A DNA stretch of 64,000 nucleotides from positions 2,233,931 through 2,297,930 of the forward strand of contig BFEA01000032.1 in the NCBI GenBank assembly GCA_003427395.1, given 5' to 3'. Positions 49,647 to 63,246 of the stretch are shown piece after piece; the stretch's first letter is position 1, and each line of letters begins with the position of its first letter. The position numbers were made by a program, and so were the translations under genes. This DNA comes from Chara braunii (taxonomy: Eukaryota > Plantae > Charophyceae). The notes beneath the pieces were generated by a model that worked only from the letters and a program-made list of their open reading frames with translations, was not told the origin of the DNA and searched no databases.

Positions 49647-51021
49647 TGCCTCGACGCTACCATTCCTCCGTATACCTCGACGTGCTGGAGACTGGGTACG
49701 ACCCTGGTCTCGCCAGTTCTGTGTCACAGAGGCTGAATGGGTCACCGAGACAATCGCTCTCAAAACGAAGTGTGGTAAAACCCATCGAGTCCCCTTCATT
49801 GGAACCACGGGCAACACCCCTCCCGACCTACCTCATCAGGACCCTCGTCTCTTTGGGTCCCACCTAGACATTGCCTTCACTTCTCCTCGTCAGTTCGCTC
49901 ACTTCATACGTGAGAAGGACGTCATGTTCTACTCAGTGAACATTATGGATCTTCTTCTCTATGATCCACTGTTAAGAAGTTGAACTAATCTATTTAGAGC
50001 CTGATCCCCCTGATCCTTCATCTTCGCGGCTCCCATCTCTACATCCACCCCTTAGCCTGCGGATAACCCCTCGATATCCCAGGTCCGTACGTTGTTTACT
50101 GTTGAGTCCACACACATCTCTCATGCCGACGCAAACGTTGAGGAACTCACGTGGTTCACGACCGACATAGAGTCTGTCGTTCACAATCTGATTCGAGAGT
50201 ACCGTGATGTTTCCCCCTCGTATGTCTCATACAACGGAATCCCTCCGATGAGCGGTGTTTAGCATTCCATCTAGCCCGAGCCTAACTATCGTGTCCACCA
50301 TCAGACACCCTACCGACTCTCAATTCCATAGGCGACGAAACTCAAGCGTCGGCTTGAGGAAATCCTTCGATTGGGTTCCATAAAACCCAGTAACTCCCCT
50401 TGGGATGCACCCGTCCTCTTTGCTCGCAAAGTGGATGAAACTCTTCGCCGTTGCATTGACTACCACAGCCTTAATCGTTACACGGTTAAGAACAACTATC
50501 CCATGCCTCGCGCTGATGAGTTATTTGACCGTATGACAGACAACCGCTTCTTCACAAAGATCGATCTTCGTAGCATTTACCACCAAATCCGAATTGTCGT
50601 AGAGGACCAGCTGAAGATCGGCCTTTGGTCGTGCTTCAGCCAGTACGAGTTCACGGTGATGACATCTGACCTCACCAACGCACCCGCCAACTTCCAGTCG
50701 ACCATGAACAATATCTTCACGGATATCTTCGAAGAATATGTTCTGGTATACGTGGATGACATCTTGGTCTACAGTCGTACCTTAGAAGACCATCTCAGAC
50801 ACCTCTGCGATGTCCTACAACGCTTACGCAAGCATAACTTCTATGCCAAGCTAAGTAAGTGTCACTTTGTCCAACGCAAAGTGCACTCCCTAAGACACCA
50901 TGTGTATGACCAGGGTCTCCACATGGACGATGTGAAAATCACTGCTATTGTGGAATGACCCATTCCCACATCCATCAAGCAGCTTCACAGTTTTCTAGAC
51001 CTCACTAGTTACTATAGTAAT

Positions 51022-54000
51022 CTACTTTGTATAACGTACACGTACAAGACCTTTCGATACGAAACATTGTCGAGCGCAAGCTCCCCGCGGAGGGGGACCT
51101 TCTCAACCGCGTCACGTAGGATTGCCAGATTCGCGAATAGCGTCACAAAAGGGGGAAGCGACAAGCTACTCTGGCCGAGTGCGCCAACTATACCTCCATC
51201 GAGTCTCTACGACAAGATAGGGTCTCGTGAGGTAAAACTTACCTTCACCCATGAGAGTTATCATCATCCCTTCGGTGGGCGTATCCCCGTCGAGCTACTG
51301 AACCACACGCGAAAACTTTTACGTGCAATCGTGGAGGTGACCCAACCGAGGGCGTTTCTCGTACGCTGTAGCAGATGGGGTACGTGCAGTCCACTCCTAG
51401 CTCGATCCCGTACACGAACCATCACGCTGGGGCGCTGATCTCCCATGCACGTTTTAGCGTCGGTCGACTAGGACATCCAAACTCAACCACGCGATATGTA
51501 AGAAAAATAATGAAGCTAACTTAATCAATCAAATAATGTTCAGAAGAAGCTATAATGTCTGAGCGAGACCTTCGCGAAGTTGCAAAAAAACGAATGCAAC
51601 GTGATAAGAGGACCATAATGTTCAGCCATGCGTACTTACATGATCAACTATCATGGCCACGCTTCATGCATTACCCACAACCGTGCAGCCTCTCATGGAT
51701 TTTAGAGTTGCATACGATACGCAAGTGTCGAAACCGAAATATCGTGCAAAGACTTTCCTTCACGGTATTGAACGGGTCAAGGATAAGCCGTTCAACCCTT
51801 ACGACACCCTTGTCTTTTAGGTAGCAGGTGATGGTAGGCTAGAGACATAGATCCGACTCATGGGGAAACCCTTTTGTGTTGGACCAGAGTCTGGAATGTC
51901 CTGGACAAGGACCTCGAATTCTAGGCTCAGGACCAATGTCCGACCAATAATCTAAAAAGCAAAACCCCTTTAGGGGGTTGTTTAAGGTTAGCGAGCAACC
52001 TGCCGTACCCGAACGAAATCCTAGTCCGATTTGAAAGTCAAGCGCTGAACCTAGCTCTCGACTACTCCTGCCTTTTTGCTAGATGCGAGCGACAGGAGAG
52101 AGCATAAATGGGGAAAAAAAAAGAGTTTTAGAGGAATTAAGAGAGAGTCATTCTCACAACCACAGTTGGATCTTATCACCTACAGTCCACATTCAATCAT
52201 CATGTCATCTTTAATCTAGGAGCGAATCCTCGCCCCTATACATACTTGCACGCACATCAAACCCAACGAAAATCCGCATGCAAAAGCCACAAACGTGGTC
52301 AACCCCTTTGTTCACAGGTGCATAAGTCACACGCCCCTTTCCGACCCCTACTCAACAAAGACATACCTGCCTATCCGAATTCACACCACTTTTGCATGTC
52401 CATTCAAGAGAGGTTCCTTTCCGACCTCCACTCAACAAAGGCATACCTGCCTGTGCGAATTCACACTGCTTTTGCATATTCATTCAAGAGAGGTTCAAAA
52501 GATGAGATCTCTTTCACACGGATAATATATTTCGCCTACAGGGTCACATACATCTGGGCGTGGGTATCATGATGGGTAGGAGTTGAGTCACAAACCGACC
52601 TGCGATCAATTCGATACCAGAAGTTGATGAAACTCAAAATCTCTTAGACAACTCGCAGGTAACGGTGACCTGCGTCATAAAATAAAGACAGACATCACTT
52701 GTCGTGTTGACGGTGATTAACTTTGTATCACACTCTAAGCTACTTAACAGTGACGTCTGATAACGATATGAAAATCACTTGGAATTTCGGCAGCATTTCC
52801 TTTAGGGAAATGTGCTTGAAGAATATTTATTATATGAAATTTAAAAAGAAAACTTATGACTATAAAACTATTTAAAAATAAACTAACTCTTTGGTTTCAG
52901 TTGAAATTTCGACAGCGCTTCCTTTAGAAAGGAAGACGTTCAAAATTTCTACTGACTACAAAGACTAAACTAAACTTAACCTAGTTGACCTCTTAGAATC
53001 TTGACTAACTTCGAGTCTTTATCAGAATTTGACAGCATCTCCCCTAAAGAAAAGAGACTCCTAAAATTTCTACTAACTTAGAGCCTAACCAAGGTCTTAT
53101 GAAAGTAACCATGCATGAAGAAATAATGCGAAACCAAAAGCAGATATCAACATGCCTATTGCTCAAGTACAAGGCGAATACTAACAGACTATCCTATTAT
53201 GCGGAATAGAAAAAGTTGAACAAACGACGAGGCATTGCCAACAAACATGTCACACGAACAACTCATTCATCAATTTCAAAACAACGGTTCGTTCGTCCAA
53301 AATTTTTATCTTTTGTTTGTTTTGAGTCACAAAGACATGAATTAAGTATCTTATTTAGATAATTTTTTAACTTTACAAGTTGTTCTTAGTCAACCCCCAT
53401 GCAATCTCTAACACATTAGCTTGGACTATTCTCACAAGGAGAAGAGTCAAAGTTTTGTCAACAAGCAAAACTGACTGATTTAGCAAAGCGAGCGGATCAG
53501 TCGACATAACTTCACTTCCAATCTCATTTCAATGTCTTAGGCAAACAAGCAAAGCGACCAAATCAGTCATGAGGACCTCATCTCCAACCTTATTTCAATG
53601 TCTTAGGCAAACGAGCAAAGCGACCAAATCAGTTACGAGCAAAGCGACCGGATCAATCAGGAGGACCTCATCTCCACCCCCATTTCAATGTCTTAAGCAA
53701 ACAAGAAAAACGACCGGATCAGTGAGGAAGACCTCATCTCCAGCCCCATTTCAATGTCTTAAGCAAATAAGCAAAGCGATCAGATCTGTTAGGAGGACCT
53801 CATCTCCATCCTCATTTCAATGTCTTAAGCAAACGAGCAAAGCAACCAGATCAGCCAGGAGGACATCATCTTCACCCTCATATCAATGTCTTAAGCAAAC
53901 GAGCAAAGCGACTAGATCAGCCAGGAGGACATCATCTCCACCCTCATATCAATGTCTTAAGCAAACGAGCAAAGCGACTAGATCAGTTAGGAAAACCTCA

Positions 54001-57000
54001 ATTCCAGCCCCATTTCAATGTCTTATGTAAACGAGCAAAGCGATCGGATCAGTCAGGAGGACCTCATCTGCAACCCTATTTCAATGTCTTAGGCAAACGA
54101 GCAAAGGAACCGGATTAGTCAGGAGGACCTCATCTCCAACCCCATTTCAAATCATCACATGCAAAAATCGTGATTTTTACCACAGACAGATAACTTCAAC
54201 ATGCATTGTAGGTTCCCCTTCTGATTTAGTTGAAGTCTTGAAAAAGAAAACAAAACATGTACAAAAGTCAAAGTCAAATAGATCAAACTCCAAGTATGTA
54301 TAGATAGGGGTTTATTGAGATTGTAATGGTATCGTGTCGGCCTACCTATCAGTTCCCTGCTTCCAGAGTCCCACCTGGGCTCCGGTAGGGCTCCCACAAT
54401 CGGTGGGTCAACCCCCACAAAAGCCTTGATGCGGTCCTACGGGTTGCAATCCCGCCTGCCGCTGTCTTCTCCAAACACAGACTAGATTGAGATTAAGACG
54501 GCTAGAAGAAAAAAAATCAGACGCCTGAGATACAAGAAGGGACCAACTCAACTAGCACGAGAGGGCCTAGGTGCCTTCAGATCCTGAGGGTCCCACAATG
54601 GCGGGCAAAAGCGCAGAGTGATAGCCTCCTATCTCACCTCCAAGTTGTTGTAGTACTCCTGTTGCAAAGCCTGACCAACCCTGTGGAGCCTCAATATCTA
54701 TCCCCTGATAGAACAACTGCTATACAGTCTAGAAGGGCTGCGCTCGAATAGAGTACCCCCCGTATTCTATTCGAGCACAGGCGTAAACGCAGCAATACGT
54801 AGCAACAAGGCTCAACAACAAGGTTCATCAATGTCCGCATCTACACGGGGATAATGGCAGTCGTCTCGACAGCAGGAAACAAGCCTCCTCCCAGTGGCTG
54901 GCCTCAAGCTACTTCCATCAACTAGATGAGCAACGCACAGTCCAACAGGTAAGTCTTCACCCTGCCTCCGGTCGCAAGCTGCGCAAATGCATGTGTTGTC
55001 CTACCTCCTGATATACGTCATCACTTAACTGTGGAATGTGAATAGACCTTCAACTTAAAAAAAAGCAGTAAAGTGCATCAGCTTGGTAGAGGCGACCTCC
55101 ACGATGAGCACCCGGATGAAGCTGATCAGCACGATAAGGGCACCTGGTGGGATCTCCAGGGGGATCTTATCGTCGAGCAGGGTCGAGGTTGTGAAGGTTC
55201 GCCACAACAGCAGCGTGCTTACACGCCGTCTTCCCTGATGATCAACATGGGCACGGTGACAATGGTCCACGGTAATGACGATGGCAATCCGGTACTCTAC
55301 AAACGTGCAAACATGATAGTGAATCTTCCGTTAAAACATGGCAAGATGCACCTACATCTTGAAAAATGAATCTCCTGCTCGATGATGACAAGGTGCATAG
55401 CGCTCCCCCCCACTTCAGAGTGCTCAACAGATGGGAAGGTGATCACAAGTCAAAAGTATGCGATCGCCTAAAGCACCACCATGATGTAAATCCTATTTGG
55501 ACTTCTCCTTCACACACCTCTCTCTGTTCCTTTTTCTTCATTGTCACTCACCTCCCCTCTCTCCAATCTTCTTCCTTATTTTTACCCTCATCGCATTTTC
55601 AGTGCATCTTGCCGTCGTTGTTGTCTGGATTAGTTCACCCTTGCTAACGTTCTCTGTCTCGATGTCACCTCCTATATACCTACACCTCTTCTCTCTTTCC
55701 GTTCGTCGTTGTGTCCATTTCCACCCTCCTTCTTCCACTTCGATCTCCTTCCTCCTTACTTCTTTCCTCTCAACGCGCCCGACCAATTCCAGGGACCAGG
55801 TTCATTCAATGTCTAACGTGCGCAGATAGTGATGCAGCCTGTCAAGCGAAGCAACTCGATTCCTGCAAAGGCGAGGGAGGACGACTGCGACCTTAGACAC
55901 GGTGAAGTGTTCAACATGAAGTCGAACACCCTTGGCCATAAAAAACTTGTGGATGTTTCACTCCGCTACTTATTAAATGTGCAAAATCAGAATGAACCTT
56001 CTCTTAGAATACTGGAAGATACATTCTCCAATCTGCGATGACAATCCCGACAGGTGTGATCGGGATCCCAACGAACAGGTAAGTTCGCTTCTCTCTTCCT
56101 CTCTCGTTCCCCTCTCCTATTCGCTCCCCCCCTTCCTTCCTGCCACTTGATACTGTCAGCATGTCGCGTGCTCGTCAACGGCTCAGCAGGTAAGTGTGCT
56201 CTCCCGTCGTCCCAGACTTCGTGCCGCGGAACTCTCAATTCTCATCCCGGCAGAACCGCTGTCCAAATCACAAAATAAAACCCCCAGTTTCAACTCCTCA
56301 CTCGCTCGAATTCATTGAGAAATGATTGAGCTATACAATTTTTCCTCCTGTTTCTCTCTCCTTTCCTTCTCCCAACTCTTTCGCGCATACCATTTTCATT
56401 TTAACTCCCCCTGTACTACTTCTTTGTCTAATCAGACTGCAGATCCGAATTCCTCCTCCCCCAAAACCTCAGTTCTCACCTTCTCCTTGCCTCGTTCTAT
56501 AAAAAAACAGATAAGTTATGGTTTCTTCCCTTCCGCCATACTCATTTTTCTCCTCCGCTTTCGTCAAATTCTCGTCTCGTTCGTCTTCGTATATGTGGTC
56601 TTAATCCCCGTTAGGTCCATACACCTTTTTTTAGCAGCTCTACCCCTTCTCTCCATCGTCTACCTCGCTACGTCACTACTTACTTCCCCTCTAGTCCTCC
56701 TCTCTATCCCCTTCGTCTTCTCCCTCATTCTCGTTGTTCCCGCTAGTGCCCACACTTCTTACTAACGCTACTCATCACCGCTCCGTTCGTTCGGGTGAAG
56801 ATGTGCTTGGCAAAGTCCAGCCACCCCGGGGGAGACTTCAGAGGGAACCGACTACTAACGATAGTCTCTCACCCCTATGCCAAGGTCCGACGAGTCAGTG
56901 ACGACCGATTCCGATGAGGGAACACTTTGGAGGGAACCAGTTACTAGGCGGCTTACTAGTCTTTCACCCCTGTACCAAAGTTCGACAACCGATTCGCACG

Positions 57001-58771
57001 TGGGTGCCGCTGGTTGTCCTCCTCCCGTCGGAACATGCCTCGAGTTTTGCCTTGCCTAGGCACAATCCGTCATCTCTCAGGTCCCACGGGGCTGCTCATA
57101 CTCAAGCCTCCCTGCGGCAGACCCCGACTAGCGGACGGTGCATCTACAAGAGATCCCCGCCACTCAGGACCCCGCTGCATAGGCTCACCCGTACGTTGAC
57201 CCCGTCGGTATGTCCTTTCAAGACACGAAAGATATAGGAATTTCATCAGAATACGTAGGAACCCGAACAAACCTGCCAAAAGAGGTGCGTGTTCAAGGTC
57301 CTTGACTGTCGTTACGACCACTCGTAGGGGCTCAAATAGCTCCCTACTGTAATGCTGGTCGCAGAAGCCCCTACCTGCTGGCACCGGATGTCAACAAGGA
57401 TGGTGACAACGCAGCCGCAATCCACTCCCTCCTTGTTCGACAATTTTAAGCACTTTTTAACTCTCTCTCTCCGAAGTTATTTTCATCCTTCCCTCTCGGT
57501 ACTTCTTCGCCATCAGTCTCGAAACCAGTTTCCGGTCTGGTAAACAAACGGAGCCTTAAGAATGGAGAAAAAAATAAAAATAAAAATTAAGTAAAAAATA
57601 AACTTAGTAGACATGAAGAGGATGAGGACCCACTGGCAGCCTCTTGGTCTTGCCAATCGGACCCAACCCCAGGCCCATCCGGCAAAACCAAGGGGGATAG
57701 TCCCTTATGACCCTCGACCCCTCAGTCTCCGCCTGTCGCGCTCCTTCGTTCCTTAATCGCTTGTTGATTTCGAATCCCAAACCCCTCGCTTGAAAGTCCA
57801 GTACCGTAACTAATAGAACTAGGCCTAAGGCTGAACGAAGCGGCGCGAAATTCCATATAAGCAGTCTCGAGACTTTGTTTATGTTCATCGGTACAAACTA
57901 GGCCTTCGCCTTCACCCATTGGTCAGTCTCCCGACCGCCAGATGAGGTCGTTCTTGCCTAGGTTTGTAGCCGTTTGATACCCTCGTGTTGGGCACACCAC
58001 ATACATCACTGAAACCCTCGGCTTTCCCCAAGCTAGGTCCGAAAGCCGCGACCTTCAATGCATCGCCCTCACAGTCTTCCCGCGTGTGGACAGGGTAAGG
58101 TCTTTATCATTTTTGCAAAGTGTCGCCAGAGGCCGAGCTGGTTGCGAAGTAAAACTAATCTTTATCGAATAAGAAAAGTATAACCAATTAAAACCACAGA
58201 ATGGGGGTAAGCGGACCTTATGGTTTTTGTGCCTTCCGCCGGCCCGTAATTGCCGCTGACTAAACAGTCATCTCACTGTGCTACACAATAATGCCAATAA
58301 GGCTGACCCCACACACTCTCTAATTTGGTCGTATTCGACTCGGACCCTCGTCAAGAGCGAGGTTACCGAGGTGAGCGCCCTAACGGGACCTATCCATCAG
58401 CGCATTGCGTTTATCAAGGATGCACCCAGTGCGACCTTTATAAACGACAACAAAGACCTTTGTAAGGGTGTTTGCTACGACAATGTACAAGGACTATCTG
58501 TACGGTAACCTATTCGACAACCTATATAGCTTGTACGCCCTCGTACGAAAAAAAAAAAAAATCATCAAAAGCATTGGAAAAAAACAAACGTGCTGCAACA
58601 ACACAAAACAAGCAACATTTGGTTGAGCATCGACTATAGATTCTTATTATAATTTGAGGGAAAAAATAAAAACAATATTGCATTAAAAAAAAAAATTGTA
58701 CGGGCCCCTAGCGTACGAGTACAGGAGTGTGAATCGTACTCGTACGAGGGTGCGTATAAGTGGCAACGTAG
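51022..58771 (-). mobile_element. 7.75-kb DNA transposon-like insertion, Zisupton/KDZ- or MULE-like, degenerate
   Basis: Perfect 8-bp TSD atagtaat (51014-21, 58772-79); termini ctactttg / caacgtag; removal restores Gypsy ..SYYSN|YIMGYTRY; minus-strand relics CPC-x7-CKH, CxCxxC..CxxH and CX2CX4HX4C. Insertion is secure; superfamily is tentative. Confidence 0.8.
53482..54150 (+). repeat. 66-bp minisatellite, ~10 units
   Basis: Unit aggaggacctcatctcca.cc.catttcaatgtcttaagcaaacgagcaaagcgacc.gatcagtc; explains ORF 53569-54030. Confidence 0.95.
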
Positions 58772-59712
58772 ATAGTAATTACATTATGGGATACACTAGA
58801 TATCCCTATGTCCTTACCTCCACCGGAAGAACCCGTCGTGGTTTTGGACACCCCTCTGCGAGAACGCCTTTCGCGCTCTCAAGAAGGCGGTGACTACTGT
58901 GGCGGTTCTTCACCTCCCCGATTTTTATCTCCCCTTCATCATCACCACTGATGTGTTAGGTTTTGCAGTAGGAGCTGCACTTTGTCAGGTGTTTCCCTCT
59001 CCTCATGTTTCACCTTATCCCCATATTCCTCACTTCCTCCTATTGACACTGCTTCTCGATTGACGCTCATCCTCCCACCTCTTCCCTCCACTAACAACCC
59101 TTCTATCACTTACTCCCCGACCATCGCGGAGGATGAGACTTCGAGGCTCGTGTTGGGGATTGCCCGATCGCTTTCTACTCCCTTAGCTACTGCTTGTCGT
59201 GATAGACTACACTGCCGATGAACGAGAGGTTTTCGTAGCAGTTTATACTACCTGGCATTGACATCATTATTTGCACAGGGGGTCATTCACAATGCGCAAA
59301 GACATCTTAGTTGTCCAGGCTTTCCTCACGAAGCCTAAACTTTTCCCTCGACAGGCACGTTGGTGACGTGATTTATCCGAGTTCAGTTTCATCACTTAGC
59401 CTATCTAGGGTGAAACGAACCGCGCCGCCGATGCCTTGTCTCACCATCTTAATCACAATCAGGAACCCATCCATCTTGCTGCCATCTACATCACCACTGA
59501 TGATCAGTCGATGATGGAGACATATCATACTCAGTACCCCCACTGTCTGGATTATCGCGTCATTCACGCGGTACTGCGGAGTGGCAAAACCGTTCCTTCA
59601 TACTCCCTCGGTGAGAACGGTCCCGTGTACTGACATGACAAATCTGGTAAGCTAGAACCATGTATCTGCGTTCCCTCCACTGGATAGCTCCGCATCTAGA
59701 CCGTAGCAGAGT

Positions 59713-60021
59713 TGTAGCGGACCTCTGGTTGGCCCGTGAGACCATTTTTTTTGCCTGTTCTCACAAGCTTGTATTGTATTCGAGGTAATCCAGTCCAGAC
59801 CGGTACCTCTGTCGGTACTAGCTAGTCCAGTCCAGTCCAGTCAGTTCATTGGGGTATACCCGAACCAGTGTCTGTACTTTGGATCATTCTACATTCGCAC
59901 AGTTTTGGACTACGTGCATTGGAGTCTGCGTGGGAGTTGAGATGTGCCATCTTGCTCCACCCTCATCCTCCATCTCTATCTCTATACCAGTCGGAGCACC
60001 TCACCCTGTGGGTTCGCCACA
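59713..60021 (+). mobile_element. 309-bp 5' LTR of a further LTR retrotransposon, with iMet PBS at 60023-60033
   Basis: TGTAGCGGACC...GGTTCGCCACA inverted termini followed by t-TGGTATCAGAG; truncates the Gypsy integrase. Confidence 0.85.
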
Positions 60022-63000
60022 TTGGTATCAGAGTGGGAGCGTTCGTCGCTCCCACCCGCATCACCGCACAGTGGGGAAACTGTGTAAGACCCGATAGCGT
60101 TTTTTTTTGGGTGTTTTTTGTTGTTTTCGGTGGAAAACAAAGAAAAAAAGTGACGAAAGTGCAGGAGCGAAGGAGTGACACATGGCGAGAAAAAAAAGAC
60201 GGTGCTCATGACTTGTGCGAGCAAGCGCCAACGCCAAAATCGCCGCACACGCACACACACGCGCCACGTGCCCACGCTGCCCCGCTGCCCCGCCCCGTCC
60301 CGCTCCCGAATTACTTATATCAAGATCCGAGATGCATGCTGCGGCCAGATTGGAAGCTGGGCAGCTGCTGACAATAGTGTGTGTATGGCTTTGTAGTGAG
60401 GCACGCTGATATTGAAGAAGTGTTGTGCTGCTGCTGCCTGCGCCATCTGCAGTGCCACGTGACAGCTTGCTATGGACTTGAACCCCCCCCCGGCCTAGGG
60501 TGTTGCAGTACAGACCAATCTGGGTGGCTGATCAAGATCTCAATACACCCAGCTGCCGATGATGATATTGGCCATTATTTTTTGAACTGTTGCACCAACA
60601 GTTCGTCAGCAGTGAAGACCCCCCTAGGTAGGGAGTTGCGCGTCAGACAACCAGGGTGGCAGATCAAGATCTCAATCAACCCTTGATTACTCCAACATCA
60701 TTTCTGCTGCAGCAGTAGGCTGCCAGCATCTTGAAGGCCAAGATCTAGTGGATCTTGGTGATCTTGTTGCTCTTGGTCAACCAAGAGCTTGGTATCATCT
60801 CTTCCTACTAACCTACTCCCCACCCCCCTTTCTCTCTCCTCCCCCCACCATCTAATCACTTTTTCTAACTCTACCACTCCTCTCTCCTCCTACCTCCCTC
60901 TTCATTTATCTCCCACTATCCTTTCTCTCCTCCCTTCCTCACTCACCATCTTTTACTAATATCTTCTACTCCTCTCCACCTTTCCCACCCCTTTCTCTCC
61001 CATTCTCTCACTCTCCTCTCCCCCAGCTACAACCTCATCATAGCCCCATCTTCCACTTCCACGTTTTTCTCTTTCTCACCTATTTCTCTCTTCCTTCTTC
61101 ACTTTTTCATCCCCTTCCCCCCCCAACTTCAATTTTTTTTGTTTTTATTATTTGTCTTTTTTTTATTTGAATTTCCAATTTCTTCAAAAATTTGAATTCT
61201 CTTCTTCTCTCTACTTCCTTCCTCATTTCCTGATTGTCCTTCATACGGCGGCTCCATACCTGATTGGATGCTTCTTGGATCCTTTCTTCAACTGCTCTCA
61301 CCTGTCGTGCCTAATATCGAGCAACTCTTCAAAGGACAGGTTGGTTTCCAGATCCTGACACCTCCAGGTCTTCAGGAAGCTTTCGATTGGGAAGGTTGCA
61401 TGCCTCTCGTACCACAATGTGGTCGACACGTACTTAGTCGTCCTATTTACAGTAACATCCTCGACGAAGAAAGTCGCCCTTAAGTACTTTGGCCATGTAC
61501 GTTAGTTGTATACCATAATTTTATTTGTTCGTTCTCACGTAAGTGCAATCACGCCCACCAGTTATAGGGCAAGGTGCTCTATTCTTGTGGCCAGAGTCGT
61601 TGTACTTACAAGGGTTGCATGCATCTAGCCAAGAATTGTGACTGAGTGCGTTGAACAAACAAGGACGAGGGATAGATCGAAGGACCAACAAAAAAGAACA
61701 GCGGAAAGGAAGAGGGATGGCACAATGTCGAGGAGAGATGTGATAATGACATAGGAAGGAGGAAGAGAGGAAGGGGGAAGAAAGGAGGGCGGAGTGACAA
61801 CGAGGGGTTGAGATGGTACTTATCTGGTTTGGCGCATCCTTAACCGGAAAAGCGAGCGAACCCGAGCGCCAAACACTTTTACATCTGCGGAGGCAAAAAA
61901 AACAGCAGGTAATAAGAGTAGGGCATGCATCTTCCCATGTTCTAACAGAATATTCATTCCCATTCGGCATGATTGGTGAGTAGCAAAATGAAGTGCACTC
62001 ATCATGGATGCCTGATTGTTGTGTTTGTTTTCCTTAGCTGCTTCTACGCAACTATATTTGTTTCAATCACTCGCAACCGTGCTTATCTACGATCGCAGTT
62101 ATGGTCCTAACTGCTTCCTCTTTTGTGACATACTTGTTCTTCTTGCAATTGTACCTGCTTCTTCGTACACGCATCTCCACTACTCTAACACATGGTTGGA
62201 CTTTTGTGTGCTCAGTTGCAATCTGTGCTCCCTAGTAGTTGAAGTGGCATTACTTTCTAGCTAGCCTGAGAGTCGAAGGCTGAAGCTGCGTCGTTCCATA
62301 CTTCGTTTAAATCCGACCGGAGTTCCAACCAGATGCACCTCACTGGATAGGCGTTTGGCATGCAACAGGCAAAGGAGGGGGAGGTGAAGCCGAGGTAGAG
62401 CAGTGGAGAGAATAATACTGCAAGAATGGTTTGGATGTTGTTGTTCCTTTCCTTAAGAAGTTACGACCATATGATACTTGGAGAAGTGTCGTGCTTGCCA
62501 AGGCCGAGGTTGTTGAAGCCTTGGTGATTGGGTGAATCTTTCATAGTTGTTGTTACAATGGTGTTGCTATCCCTACCCAACTTTTGTTGTTGTCGTGTTC
62601 GTCAACCGTTGGAGGCATGTGTTGTTATCACTGTTGATAGAAGCATGTCGTCTGAGCACAATGACGAATGAGGAGTCATGACTAAAAATTGGGGTTAAAT
62701 GTCGATGGTGTGAGTGACTCTCTCATTGTTGTTTTCTTGGTGAGCCAGGTGCTGAAACAACGGTTTCAAGCTACTGTAAGTCATTAAATCGGGCTAAGTT
62801 TTGGGCTGATTACGGATTGTCGATGTTGCTAACAATGGCGATCAGTTGTGGTTGTTGATTGCCTGATTGTAGACAACTGCTTCTTAGAGGTGACCACGAC
62901 TGCGACCAAGTGCGTTGTAGGTAGTAAGGTGGAAGGTAAGGTATGCGAGAGCTTTGAGAGTGAGTAGGGTGGTAAAGGGCGAATAGAAGAGCAAGGAGCA

Positions 63001-63159
63001 TAGCCAAATTTACTTTTTGGAAGTCACCGAGGGACAATACTAGAGGCAGTGAATTTGCCTAGGGTCCAGCGGACGACTCATTCTTTGGCCTGATAAATAA
63101 CGGCAGGATCGTGGTGCTTACAGCGGCCGAAGCGGGCATTGGGTGCACACAACACAAAG

Positions 63160-63162
<3 letters not shown>

Positions 63163-63242
<80 letters not shown>
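63163..63242. repeat. (GA)n microsatellite
   Basis: Direct inspection. Confidence 0.95.

Positions 63243-63246
<4 letters not shown>

Larger units (their letters stand above)
46560..59712 (+). mobile_element. Degenerate Ty3/Gypsy (gag-PR-RT-RH-INT start), same family as 38560-43045, interrupted by two insertions and truncated by an LTR
   Basis: gag IPDYDG..KLRGRAFSAW; knuckle relic CLRYRKDGHTSSQC ~48542; PR LWDSDSQENFV; RT 50371-50958 with YVDD; RH resumes at 58772; QYPHCLDYRVIHAVLRSGKTV matches QYRHCLDYRDIHATLQSGKTV. Confidence 0.88.

Noticed and set aside
53482-54150. CRISPR-like array
   Set aside because: Units repeat along their whole length with no unique spacers; eukaryotic context; no cas genes.
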